In this document: positions 52,421 to 64,000 of the stretch, one piece after another | How positions within the stretch are numbered: position 1 is the first letter of the stretch | Layout: every line of letters starts with the position of its first letter | NCBI RefSeq assembly: GCF_009914755.1 | Contig: NC_060931.1 | DNA: 64,000 nucleotides | Strand: one strand, 5' to 3' | DNA from: the human T2T-CHM13v2.0 reference genome, Homo sapiens | Position numbers and translations under genes: made by a program | Notes under the pieces: generated by a model | Seen by the model: only the letters and a program-made list of their open reading frames with translations | The model's database searches: none | Told to the model about the DNA's origin: nothing

Positions 52421-54672
52421 CACATTGCTATCTGTGCTCAAGCCAAAGAAGTTTTTTATATATTATGTTATATAGTCTTCTACCATCAAATATATTAATG
52501 GTAAAACTTTGTTTTAATAATTGGGAGCACTTAGGGGACCCAGCAAGCCAGTCCACATGGGCTGCTCTGAAAAGTTGGCTGCTCAATTTAATAATTAAAT
52601 TTAATAACTTAATCAGTAATTAAGCTATTCATTGAGAACATAGTCTATAGATTAATTCAGTGTTCATGAACTTCTAAGTTCTATCACCATGTTTGAATTC
52701 AATAAAACAAATAGCTTCTATGTAATAAGAAAAATATATTTGACTTGACTTTTAGTTATGTGATCTGAAATAGCATCTCAAGTTTATATTCGAATGTAGT
52801 GCCGTTAATAGTGAGACTATCATTCGGGATACCTATTGATTACATGTTAATAATAATGGTAGATATATATTTTATCTGTGGTACATATTTAGCTTATTAT
52901 TACTCTTTTGAAGTTTAGATAAGGTTATATTTCTTAAGAAGTGCTTATTCCTGGGAGCACCATAGTTAGACATCCTGGAATATCTTTTTCTGGGAATGCC
53001 TATTGTCTTAATGCATTGGGTATAAAGGAAATTTTGGGGATTGTCATCAAAGTGAAAAATCAGGGTCGCTGAATGTTTTATGTTATCTTATCTTAAGTTG
53101 TATAGCTGATTAAATTGGCTAATAGGAGGATGTGGAATATAAACAAACAAGCATTTTAAATGGACCAACAATCTGCTACAGAATTCTCTTGATAAATTAC
53201 AAATGTATATCTATAAATGAAAGAAGTTCTAGAAGAGATGAACTACCTTGAAGATACATCCATCCATCCAGAGAACTTCTTAAATGAGGAAATGAGTGCA
53301 GTTAAACCCTTGTCCTTTTTTTCTAATGCCTATAATATCTGACTGTGTATATTTTCATTATGCCTAATAAATACACATTAAAGACTTTCAAAATTGCTCT
53401 TAAAGTGATGCACTTTTCAAGTGCAAAATATAATTATGAAGACATGCCCTCCTGTAGAGAAGTCACCTGCATCCTCTTCTTGAATTCATGAATGCATAAT
53501 ACTACCTTTCATGTTGGAATTTTCAGACGTTTTCAATAAAGACGACTTAGTTACAATTCTTATAATACATGTTCTCTTTTTTATGTCAAGTATCATATAA
53601 AGCAACCTCCTTTCTTGTAATTGCCTTTACAGCCATTTCTTCTTTCCCCTAACTGATTTCAATAACTTTTTAGTTAGCACCTATGCTAGTTGGTACCTTC
53701 CAGAACCTAAACAAATTTGTGTTTATTTGACTTCAGAAAGTTTCCATATTAAGAAGACTTAAATAGGTATTTGAGCGCTATAATTTTGGCTTTTATTAGA
53801 TTACACTACATTTATTTCATAATTGAAATTAGAGGGCTCATATACCTTGATTAGTTTCTTTTAGATATATGACTAAAATGAACTCTCTGTTTTAGGTTTC
53901 TGCTCCATAATTTGGAACTAAAATAAAAATGAAACATTTTGGTATCATGGGTAGGCTAAATGTGCATGACATTTAACATAGAACTTAACTATTTGTGACT
54001 TAAAAGAAAACATAATGTTAGTTGTAACTGTGAAATTTTTGCTGTATAAAGTGTATGCACTAAAATACGTATTTTTATGTGTTAAGTAATAACAGAGCTT
54101 GAAATGCCAGTTGGTTTTAGGCTGTGTTGGAAGCAGACAGCAAGAACAATAATATATATCTCAAATAACTATCAAGTGCCTTTCAGTGTGAAGTTGATTT
54201 TTTCAAGATACACATTGTCATAATTCTTTGGTATATATGAACATATTTTGTATAAAATAATTTGAATAAAAATTGAAATAAAAATGCTACTTTGCTTGAA
54301 AATGCCTTTGGGTTATAACAAATGTAGTTTTTCATAAAAATTCAAGTAGCCCTTATAAAATGACAGCTGAAAAAGCCTTTTGTAGATTGATTTCACAAAT
54401 CAGGTTTACTTAGAGAATAAGATCTGGAGAGAGAAATTAAATATTTGATATGTTTTCAAGAAAAAGTGTAGTTATAGTGATAATAGTGATATACCAATTT
54501 CCAAGTTACGTAGTCTCTCTTGTTTTGGAAGTACTAAACTTGGAAGGAAATTCTGGAAAAATAAATTACTTTCTACCTTAGACAGCATTTTCAGTTGTAG
54601 CTAAGACACTCTAAACTTAATTGAAGATAAAAAAACACAAAAGAGTATTATGGTGTTTAAATTGGAGCAGGA

Positions 54673-54965
54673 CCTGTAATCCCAGCACTTTGGGAGGCTG
54701 AGGTGTGAGGATCCCTTGAAGCCAGAGCTTGAAGCCAGGTGTTCTAGACCAGGTTGGGCAACAAAGCAAGACCACATTTCTATAAAAGAAAAAAATCAGC
54801 TGGGCTCAGTGGCTCATACCTATAGTCGTAGCCACTTGGAAGGCTGAGGAAGGAGGACAGCTTGAGCCCAGGAGCTGGAGGCTGCAGTGAACCATAATAA
54901 GGCCACTTCACTGCAGCCCCCAGGCAACAAAGGGAAACCTTGTCTCAAAAATAAATAAATAAAAC
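54673..54965 (+). mobile_element. AluJ
   Basis: cctgtaatcccagcactttgggagg...cttgagcccaggagctggaggctgcagtga, with an (AAAT)n tail. Confidence 0.88.
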
Positions 54966-56289
54966 ATAAAAGGGGGTTTTGATTTGCTTTTTAAAATATT
55001 CGCTAATGATATTAATTTTCCTGAGATGACACTCAGATAACATGTATTCAACTAATCTCTTATTTTGTTCAAATTTGATATCTAAATTCTAAACATATAC
55101 TTCTGAAGAACTGATAATATATTTTTCTCTTCACAGAAAAGGATAACCATATAGTTGAATCATTTTCTTTTCTTCTTTGGCTGGGAGGAAGAGACAAATC
55201 TGTGGCTTAGCAAAGGGATAGGAATTGATGTTGGCCTTAAAAGCAACATGATATACCCTTCTCTGCTCATCTCCTGTTCCTAGTCCAGCTCTGATTCTAT
55301 TTCCAATGACTCTCGTTATTTTTACATTTATATTTTGCTGTTTTAATGTACAAAGTTTCTTTCACATGACTTAGATCTGTTGTGAAAACAAGTTGGGTTG
55401 TAAATCAATAATAAAATATTGAATGTCCAAATTAAGGATGCTACTCAGGATTTTGTACTGGACAGCAATGAGAATGATTCATAGAGATTATTCAGTTTGT
55501 TCATTTCTAGCAAGTATAATTAGGACTGCCAGTTTTCTTTTTTTCTTTGACAATTGGCAATTTCCTTTTGGCAAATTTTATTTCACTTTTGTGTGGGTGT
55601 AAGAGGCAGAATATAGCTTATTTTGAAATGGATATTGCCAGTTTTTTCTTTTCTTAAACAATCTTCTTCCTCTCTATTCTTCTTGCCATCAGTCCTTATT
55701 CATTTCATTCACATAATTATCAAGTTTTTCAGCATCTTTTTTTGGTTCACACATAAATGTTGGCATATACTTCTAACTCCAGAGATACTAGCCCTCGCAA
55801 ATGGTAAGAACTACTCTATTCTGTGCGCTCTTTCACCCAACCTTACAAGTTTCTCCCCTGTTCACCATCCACACGTAACTTTCATCTTTAGTTCAGAATT
55901 TACAGCTTTCCCCATATCTCCATTCAGAACCCACCTACCAGTGTTCTTCCCCTGCCCTTCTTCCCACAGCTATTACTCAGCACTTCACTTGTCCTGTGTA
56001 CTTCTCAGCACCAGACAAATACAGTCAGCTTCCCCTCTTTCCACTCACATATGTCCCTTCCAGTTCTTTATTTTGCTGTGAATAATTATGTTCTCTAACG
56101 TCTTCCTTGGCAAGCAAAGGCTATATGCATTTTCTTTTTGTGAATGAAATAAATGCCATATTCCAAACAAAAATGGCCATGGGGCCTCTTTTTTTAAATG
56201 ACAGGGAGGATAGAGGCATGCCTTAAATTAGACTTGTCCTATTCATTTGCTTCATCTGATATGAAAGGAAGAGGCATGGAGGTGGCCAT

Positions 56290-56735
56290 ATTACTTGCAT
56301 TCACATTCTCTAAAAACGTTCAAAATCCTTGAATAATATTTTAAGTGTAGGTGCATGATCCAGCCTTCACCTACATTTTCAGCTTTCACTGTGTATCCGT
56401 CCACATGATTCTACTATTGTCCACTTATACTGAAGAGTTCTTGACTATGACATGTTCGCAGATGTTTCTGCCATTGCAGACGCTGTTCCCTCTACCCCAA
56501 AAATTTTTTACCCTTCATTTGTTGGGCCATATCTTGTATATTCTTACAGACTTAACTAAGGAGTTCAGTCCTGCATTTCCTTTCACAGGTCAAGTGCATC
56601 TCTTATAGCCTGCCATTACATCCATCAATTGCCATCACATCCATTGAAATCCTTGGGGTAAGTCTGCTGTCATCCTTATGTCTGCAAATATTCTGCCTTA
56701 TTTTACTCAATAAATATCTGTAGAATGAATGAACG
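56290..56735 (+). mobile_element. L2 3' end
   Basis: gctgttccctctacc...actcaataaatatctgtagaatgaatgaa terminus. Confidence 0.7.
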
Positions 56736-57070
56736 GAGGTGTGAATAAAAATGAATGATGAACAATATATTATTAGATTCTTCATCATTCAGGACATTCC
56801 CACTGATACATTTGACAATAGTGTAGCTGGTATGAGGAATATTGGAAATTTCCACCTAGTCATTGACTTCAATGTTTAGCTTATGATTTAAAAACCACTT
56901 AAACTTAATGAATTACTGTGAATACCTCTTCTGCAATTTCACTGCAAGAAGCCTCCAGAAAATTGGGGCTAGCTCTACAGTTTAGCTATATATTTATATT
57001 GAAATTAGTGAAATTTAAGGAAATCTTAAGTACATATTTAGGCATTAAGAACATTAACTCACAAATATTT

Positions 57071-57369
57071 GGCTAGGCGCAGTGGCTCACGCCTTTAATC
57101 CTAGCACTTTGGGAGGCCCAGGTGGGCAGATTGCCTGGGCTCAGGAGTTTGAGATCAACCTGGGCAAGATGGCAAAACCCATCTCTACTAAAAATACAAA
57201 AAGTTAGCTCGGCATGGTGGCACGAGCCTGTAATTCCAGCTACTCAGGAGGCTGAGGCCGGAGAATCGCTTGAAACTGGGAGGCAGAAGTTGCCATGAGC
57301 CGAGATAGCACCACTGCACTCCAGCCTGGGTGGCAGAGTGAGACTCTGTCTCAGAAAACAAACAAACAA
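57071..57369 (+). mobile_element. AluS
   Basis: Full dimer. TSD-like AACTCACAAATA / AACTTACAAATA. Confidence 0.93.
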
Positions 57370-57484
57370 AACTTACAAATACTGATTTTTATGTGTTCAG
57401 TTTCTATGATATATTATACCTAAATGTATTTCTCTCTTTGGGTATTACTTCTGGCCACTGATAGAGGGACAATATTACATGAGG

Positions 57485-57680
57485 ATCAAAAATGAAGGCC
57501 CTGGAGTTAAACCTCCTATTTTCGAATTCTAGTTTTGCCATTGACTAGTAATTTTATAACTTCTCTTAACTTCAGTTTTAACTTCTTCACAGTGGGAAAC
57601 AATGGTTCCTAATATGGTGTTTTGAGCCTAGTGCTTGACATTCATTGAGTGTTCAGTAAACATTAACAGTGATTATTACT
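57485..57680 (+). mobile_element. MIR
   Basis: ttcgaattctagttttgccattgactag...aacttctcttaacttcagtttt...cctagtgcttgaca. Confidence 0.6.
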
Positions 57681-58780
57681 CAGATTGTGTGTGTTGATAT
57701 GTGTGCATGCGTATATACACCTGATGTTGTAGTGGGGGAAAACTTCCAACAAGTTTTATCAAACTCCAATTGGGATAATTATCCTTGTCTTAGTTAATTT
57801 AATGATTTCAATAGAAAATAAATAGATTTCAATGGAAATTTAATTAGTATAAATATGTTCCCTTTTGTCCTGGTGGTAGGTCCACAAAGAAGATTTTTCC
57901 ATAGAGAATTTTTTCCCCAGTTATAATTTTTTAGAATGCAGACTATTCTACTGATGGATTAAGTGGTCACTGTTTTCATGGCAATTTTTATCACTTTAAG
58001 ATCTACCAAGATCATTTGGTCAATTGCTTTAGGTATAATTTAGTGTCACTTATCAATCCAAATTGCAGAGTGCTTTATTCTATGTAGCATTTCAGAACAT
58101 CTTTTGCTGAAGGCCACAAGAAACTGAAGACTGGTATATATAAATTGGTGTAATTTGTACATGAGTTAGTTAAGCCGTATTTTTTCATTGGTGGCATATT
58201 TAACAGCTTCTGATAAATGAATTACAAGTTAGGAACTTGATCATTTCTTTCCTATTTAGGAGTTTATAGGAGGTACATAAGAAGAAGGAAAAATAGTGTT
58301 TTGTAATCTTTTTCTTTTTTTTGAAAGAGAGACAATAATTCCCTGACCAACGACCACTGCAGCCTTTGAGATAGCAACATCCTGGAAAAGCCACAGTGTG
58401 GTTGTATCATAATTGTTAAGAATCTCCAATTGCCTGAGTTTATCAGTCACATACTTTTCAGCAAGGTTTTGTTAGCAATTGTCCCTTCTCAGGCCAGTTA
58501 GGATGGGACCACAGTATGTAAGAGAAGCTTGGTCTTCTTCTAAATAATAAATTTTATCTAAAATATTTAGTCATCTAGGGTAGACATACAGAAAGAAAGT
58601 AATACTCTTAGGAGTGAAGAGAATCTGTTTATTTTTATGGTCAGTTTCTTAATCCAAATAAACTTTTTATCAGTTGTTAATAGATAGTTAAATTCTTTGC
58701 CTTATTTATAGAATATAAACATTGGAAAGACCCTTAGCAATCTAGATTCTTTTACCAATCTATATACTTAAATATATCAC

Positions 58781-59200
58781 TATGGTAGGCAGATTAATGA
58801 TATCCCCAAAGATGTTTATATTTGAGTCCCCAAAACCTACAAATCCAATATCTTACATGACAAAAGGGACTTTCCGGTTATGATTGAATTAAAGAGGATG
58901 AGATGATTATCCTGGATCACACAGTGGGGTCCAACTTAATCACAAGGGTCATAAGAGGGAGGCATGAATGTCAGAGAGAAAGCTTTGAGGATGCTATGCT
59001 TCTAGGTCTGAAGTTAGAGGAAGAAGTCACAAGCCAGGGAATGCAAGTGACTTCTTGAATCTGGAAAGGGCAAGTAAATGGATTCTCCCATAGAGGCTCA
59101 AGAAAAATCACAGCCTTACTAACATGTTGATTTGTGCCCAGTGGAGCTTCTGACCTAGAGGACTATAAGATAATAAATTGATGTTGCATTAAGCCAGTAA
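58781..59200 (+). mobile_element. MLT1D-like LTR
   Basis: tggtaggcagattaatg..ccccaaagatg...gattatcctggat...taatcacaagggtc...aagggcaagtaaatggattctccc. Confidence 0.85.
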
Positions 59201-61415
59201 GACTGTTAATTCAACCTCACTCAACCTTAACATGGATGAATATTTCCAATGGTGTGGGAGCTCTCTGCTTATCAAGGTGATTTCTTCTCCTGTGAGATGA
59301 GTGAATTAATGCCAGTCTCCTGTCTCTGCGCAAATGTCCCTTCCTCCTTCTTTCTTTTACTCACTGGACTTCAGTATGCCTTTTTGAAGCAAGAGTGTAG
59401 GGAAACAAGAAGAGCTCTCTGTTCAACATAATATCCCTTTAAATATTCAGAGACAGCTGGTAAATTTCATTGTTAAGACATAAAAGGGACTGAAACATTT
59501 GTGAGAACAAAGAACATCCTATGCAATGTATATCACTTGCATTATTTCCTTATAAGTTGAAATTTATGCAATTCGAAATGCTTTACTACACATTTTAATG
59601 TAGTGCAGGTTTGAAATATAACATACTGATAGTTCTTATATTCTTGATAAGGTGGTAAACTCAGTACAACACTATCATATATTAAAAATACTGTTCACAT
59701 TTTTAAATATTGCCTACTTTACCCAGATGTTTCCCTGTCATACCATCTACATCCTGTATCCAGAGGGTAAACAGAAAAATCAAATCATTTTAAGGGGATA
59801 TTTTAAGGCTTTCTCTTTTGGTTTTTTACTCTTCTGCTTACAGATTTGTGAATTCCTAGGGAAAAAAGCATTAGTTTTAAATAAAATGTGATGTATGAAT
59901 TGAAGTAATAGCTATAATTTCATAAAATAAAAAAATTCTATTCTAGACATAGTGGCATATAAATGGAAACTTATTTTTAATTTTTGTATTAAAGAATAAA
60001 ATAATATATAAATTATCACTAATCATATGTGTACAGCTTTTTGATGCCACGAATGTGAACAGAGAACAGTATAGGCCCTGGAAGTTTTATTTTAAAAATT
60101 AATATTAAAAGGAATTTTAGTAAAGAACACACAGATTTGCAGCTCAATTGACAGCAAACTATTGAAATAAAGCCCTCATTTCTGGGTGTGGATAGGTAAC
60201 TGCACAACGTCTCTGTTGCTTCACTTTTCTGTTTCACTTTGACTGGCCAAAGCAAACTTACTAACCACTTGAAACAATTAAATAAGAGAATACTGATTAG
60301 GCACAAATGAATGGATTTATGCTAATAAAACATATATATTATATGAAGAGTGACATCTGTGAAGGATTTCATTATCTTTTCCTTAATATTACATGCCAAT
60401 TTTCAAAGATCTGATCATCATGTAGATTTAGAACTGTTTTGCAAGTGGTTAGGAATGGCCCTCTGTTGAGTTTTCATTACTTGAGAGGAGATATGAATTA
60501 TGTATTTAATGGCAAGACAGCAATAAATGATTAAAGGAAAGAAACCTGTAGCTTGGACTTCTCACAAAAATGAAATTTATGTGAAAATAATATGTAAACT
60601 TTACTACAAAAGTTGTTATACTTCCACAAGCATGCATGAAGATAAAATACAAATTTTTGTCACTATGGAAGCAGGGTTATTGCCAAGAAGATTGTAGATA
60701 AAGCCCAAACAATGCTGATTTAAATGAATTTAAATAGATTTAAAGAATTGATCATGTATTTTAAACTACGTTTAATGTTCTTCTTTCAGTATTCATGTGC
60801 TACATACTATACGTTTAGGAAGTGTGTATAATATCCCTGGGAGAATCCTTGGTGACCACCACTGATGATTTGCTTTCCTGTCATCATTGAAAGAAGATTT
60901 GTGAAATTGTGTTACAAAAAAACCATAAATCTTCTTTATGTGTTTCTTCCAATAGTAGGTCACTTTACTGTGGATTTGTTGTTGTTTTTATATATCACAC
61001 TCTGTTTAAATCTCTATGATCATCAGGATGCATTCCACCCCTGAAGTGACAGGGCAAACCGGTCTTCCACAGGGAATAGAGAAGGTGAGAAAGCACAGTT
61101 AAAGAGAAATGATAATTGGCCTAAAATATTCATAAGGAGTGGACTTGGGTGGATTTACATAGTACATAAGCATCCCTAAGTCTGAAGGTCTTAGAAGTAG
61201 ACCAAATACATAGTAACTGGAATACAACATGTGATCTGATTGTATGACAAATTTGGGTACATGAAGTTCTAAATTCTTCATTAAGTCATGAATATTAAGC
61301 TAGCCCTAGGATTTAATTTCTGATCTTGTTGAGTGCTGTTTCATGAGGCAAGGAAAGAACTGCAAACTCAAAATTTCTTACTCCCGTGTTTGGAAACAAC
61401 TCAGTAATACTTGAC

Positions 61416-61625
61416 CAGTGTATTTCAGGTGGTGGTTGCTTTATTTTTAAAGCTATGATATCCTTTGTTCAAAGGAAATTCTAGGAGCCAGGCAAAATAG
61501 TCATAAGCAGAACTACTTTATTTAAAGGTGGGGGGAAGGTCTTGAATGGTGAAAGCTTCTTCCTTTTCCTCTGTATCTGGGCAGGAAAGGTGCTTTTGGC
61601 ATAAGCCCAGAATACTTTGATCTGA
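61416..61625 (+). mobile_element. Possible hAT-Charlie relic (MER117-like)
   Basis: cctttgttcaaaggaaattct...aagcagaactacttt..aaggtggggg. Confidence 0.35.
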
Positions 61626-62222
61626 ATAACACTTAGATGGACCATGAACAGGAAGCAGCTGCTGTTTCTAAAACATGGTTAAAATTCATACATCTTACCT
61701 GGAGTAATTAAATTAGCTATCTGATACACTGCCAATTAATTCCACCTCTAAGTGTTGATTATATATTAGTTTCATTCTGTTTGCAGTTTTTATGAAAAAT
61801 GTTAAAGTGACTTTGGGAGCTCAGCCCTCAGGAACTACTGAGTGGGTAAATTCAAGAAAGCACAAGAAATTTTCCCCTGAGCTAAGTGCTCAAGTAGGAG
61901 GGGAGGCCCACTTTAAAGAGTAAAGCAGGAATTAGCAGTATGTGTAGCAGAAACCTGGATATAGAACTAACATCTGGAAGAAGCCAAAGAGTTCTAGAAT
62001 TAAAAACAAAAATATTTCAACTGGGGAGTCCAAGTCATTCATTCATTCTGTCAGTCAGTCAATCAATCATACATTCAACAAGTATTTTTTAAGAGTATAT
62101 TGTCTGTCAGACACTTGCTGGCCATGTAGCAAAACTGAAAGATAAATCACATTGTGGGAAGAGCAGATATGTTTTACATAAACCAAATAATACTGGGAAG
62201 TAACACTACTTGGATAAATGAC

Positions 62223-62627
62223 TGTATTAGGTCATTCTTGTATTGCTATAAAGAAATACCTGAGACTGGGTTATGTATAAAGAAAACAGATTTAATTGGC
62301 TCACGGTTCTGCAGGCTTTACAGGTAGCATGGTGCTGGCATCTGCTTGGCTTCTGGGGAGGTTTTAGGAAGCTTACAATCATGGTGGAAGGTAAAGTGGG
62401 AGCCTGCATGTCATATGGCCAGAACAGGGGCAAGAAAGGGGGGTGAGGGAGATGCCACTCTCTTTTAAATGATCGGATCACCTGAGAACTCATATCATGA
62501 GGACAGCACAAAGCCATGAGGGATCCGCCCCAGTGATCTGAACACCTCTCACCAGGCCCCACTTCCAGTACTGGAAATTACAATTCAACATGAGATTTGG
62601 GTGGGGACAAATATCCAAACTGTATCA
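62223..62627 (-). mobile_element. MSTA-like solo LTR
   Basis: tgtattag...attgctataaagaaatacctgagactggg...atccaaactgtatca. TSD ATGAC (62218-62222) / GTGAC (62628-62632). Confidence 0.93.
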
Positions 62628-63589
62628 GTGACCAAACTCCTTTGGATAAAACAGAAAAAAGAAAAAAGTGAGGTAAGGGGCATCTGAAATGGATGGACTG
62701 AGATAGTTATCTCTGTTGTCATGGGTCAGTTGACTCATGCACAAAGCACTTAGGTCAGAGTTTAAAATTAATTTAGATCTATACAATTCTAAATTTTTAT
62801 CTAGAGACTTTTCAATTTTGCTCTTTTGTTTTTTAAGTTTTTTTTTTTTTTTTTTTAATTTTGAAACTTCGGCCACCTCCAAGTGACGAAGGGGATTACA
62901 GCAATTGAAAGGCTCCTGTTAATCCTCTTAGTTTGGTTGTGGGGTGCAGCCTATGGGCCAGTACCAAAAGTGTGATCAGCTAGAGGCTGAGGGGATGTTC
63001 TAGATGTAAGACTGAGAGGAAAGAAAGCAATAGAGCACTAGATTGGACCTGGTCTAGTGTGAGGTCCAGAGTACCTCTTTTTCATTGGGTATCTGTGTGT
63101 AAGAGAAGCACAGTTGGCCCCTGTCCATAGTGAAGGTACTGTTTCTACTCTATGGAGGATTCTCTGTTCCTAGTGGTCAATGCCAGACATTTCAATTTAG
63201 ATGCTGCTAAATGAAAATATACATTAGAGGTATCTATTCATCCTACTAAGTATTTATTCTTCAATGTGAATAAAGGATCTGGAAACAATTCTGTTAATCT
63301 AATACCTCAGGTGTTGGATCTCTGAAAGAAAATGTGGGAAACCACTGAAGAGAATAATGAGAGCTGAAGATGAGTGTTATTGTAAGGTTCTGCTTTGATG
63401 GGGTAGGTTTAGGGGCCTCTAAATTGTAGAGACCACAAAAAGGAAGCTCCTAATAGAAAAATGAGGACTTAAAGGAAAGGGCACTGGATGGAAGAGCTCT
63501 GTGCTGTTCTTTGTGGAAGACCCTGTCACCAAAGTTCCCAGTGAAAAGCTCTCAGGGGGATTATGGCTATGCCTTGAGGCTGGGTGGAA

Positions 63590-64000
63590 TTCAGATAGTA
63601 AGTTTTCACAAACATTTTGGGGTCCTTACTACATACTGGGTACTGTTACAGGTACCGGTGATAGTGAAGTCAACACAACAGACATGCTGTCTGTGTTAGT
63701 GGAGACTAAGGAAGATAGGCAACAAACAGATTTTTATTTCTTAATGCCTTATATAAAAATGTATAAGAATTTAAAATTCTTGTGAAGATAAGTAACTGAT
63801 TCTAAAGAAGAATAAACAGGGTGACCCTACCTAGTCCTAGAATTGGGTAAGACTTCCCAGAGTAAATGATGCCTAATCTGAGACATGAAGAATGAGGAGG
63901 AGCTATTTTGGCATAGAGCTCTGAGTCAGGACCCAAGGAATGGTTCTTTGGAGGTTGGCTCAGAGGCCGAGGGGCAACAAGAAAGCAAAGGCTGATAGGT
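63590..64000 (-). mobile_element. L2 3' fragment
   Basis: caaacatttt..tactacatactgggtactgttacaggtac...aatctgagacatgaagaatgag. Confidence 0.65.

Noticed and set aside
55623-56081. 152-aa hydrophobic ORF
   Set aside because: TTG start in pyrimidine-rich intronic DNA, where the Phe/Leu/Ser bias mimics a membrane protein.
48825-64000. Nested antisense gene TEX47/C7orf62, recalled as lying in ZNF804B intron 1
   Set aside because: The longest minus-strand ORF here is 111 aa and LTR-derived, so the gene is presumably beyond the window.

Overview
Primate, almost certainly human, AT-rich genomic DNA. The only protein-coding feature is coding exon 1 of ZNF804B (+ strand, 48612-48719, [36 protein letters not shown], then a GT donor), recognised from memory of the ZNF804A/B N-terminus. 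It lies in a CpG-island promoter (about 47.0-48.75 kb) and is followed by about 15 kb of intron 1. The upstream 45 kb is intergenic and repeat-dense: a full-length dead L1MA, many L1, L2, MIR and HAL1 fragments, nine Alus across the window, MaLR/ERVL solo LTRs and DNA-transposon relics. I see no new gene system. The best leads are (i) possible translational control of ZNF804B by a uORF, near-cognate starts and an alternative-frame ATG, (ii) a compact G4/kappaB/TATA promoter bracketed by Z-DNA-prone tracts, and (iii) unusual retrotransposition scars: a two-step templated inverted insertion, an inverted L1 with an apparent 3' transduction, and a possibly young truncated AluY. Repeat subfamily names come from remembered consensus sequences, not a RepeatMasker run. 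Boundaries are approximate unless a target-site duplication (TSD) is given.
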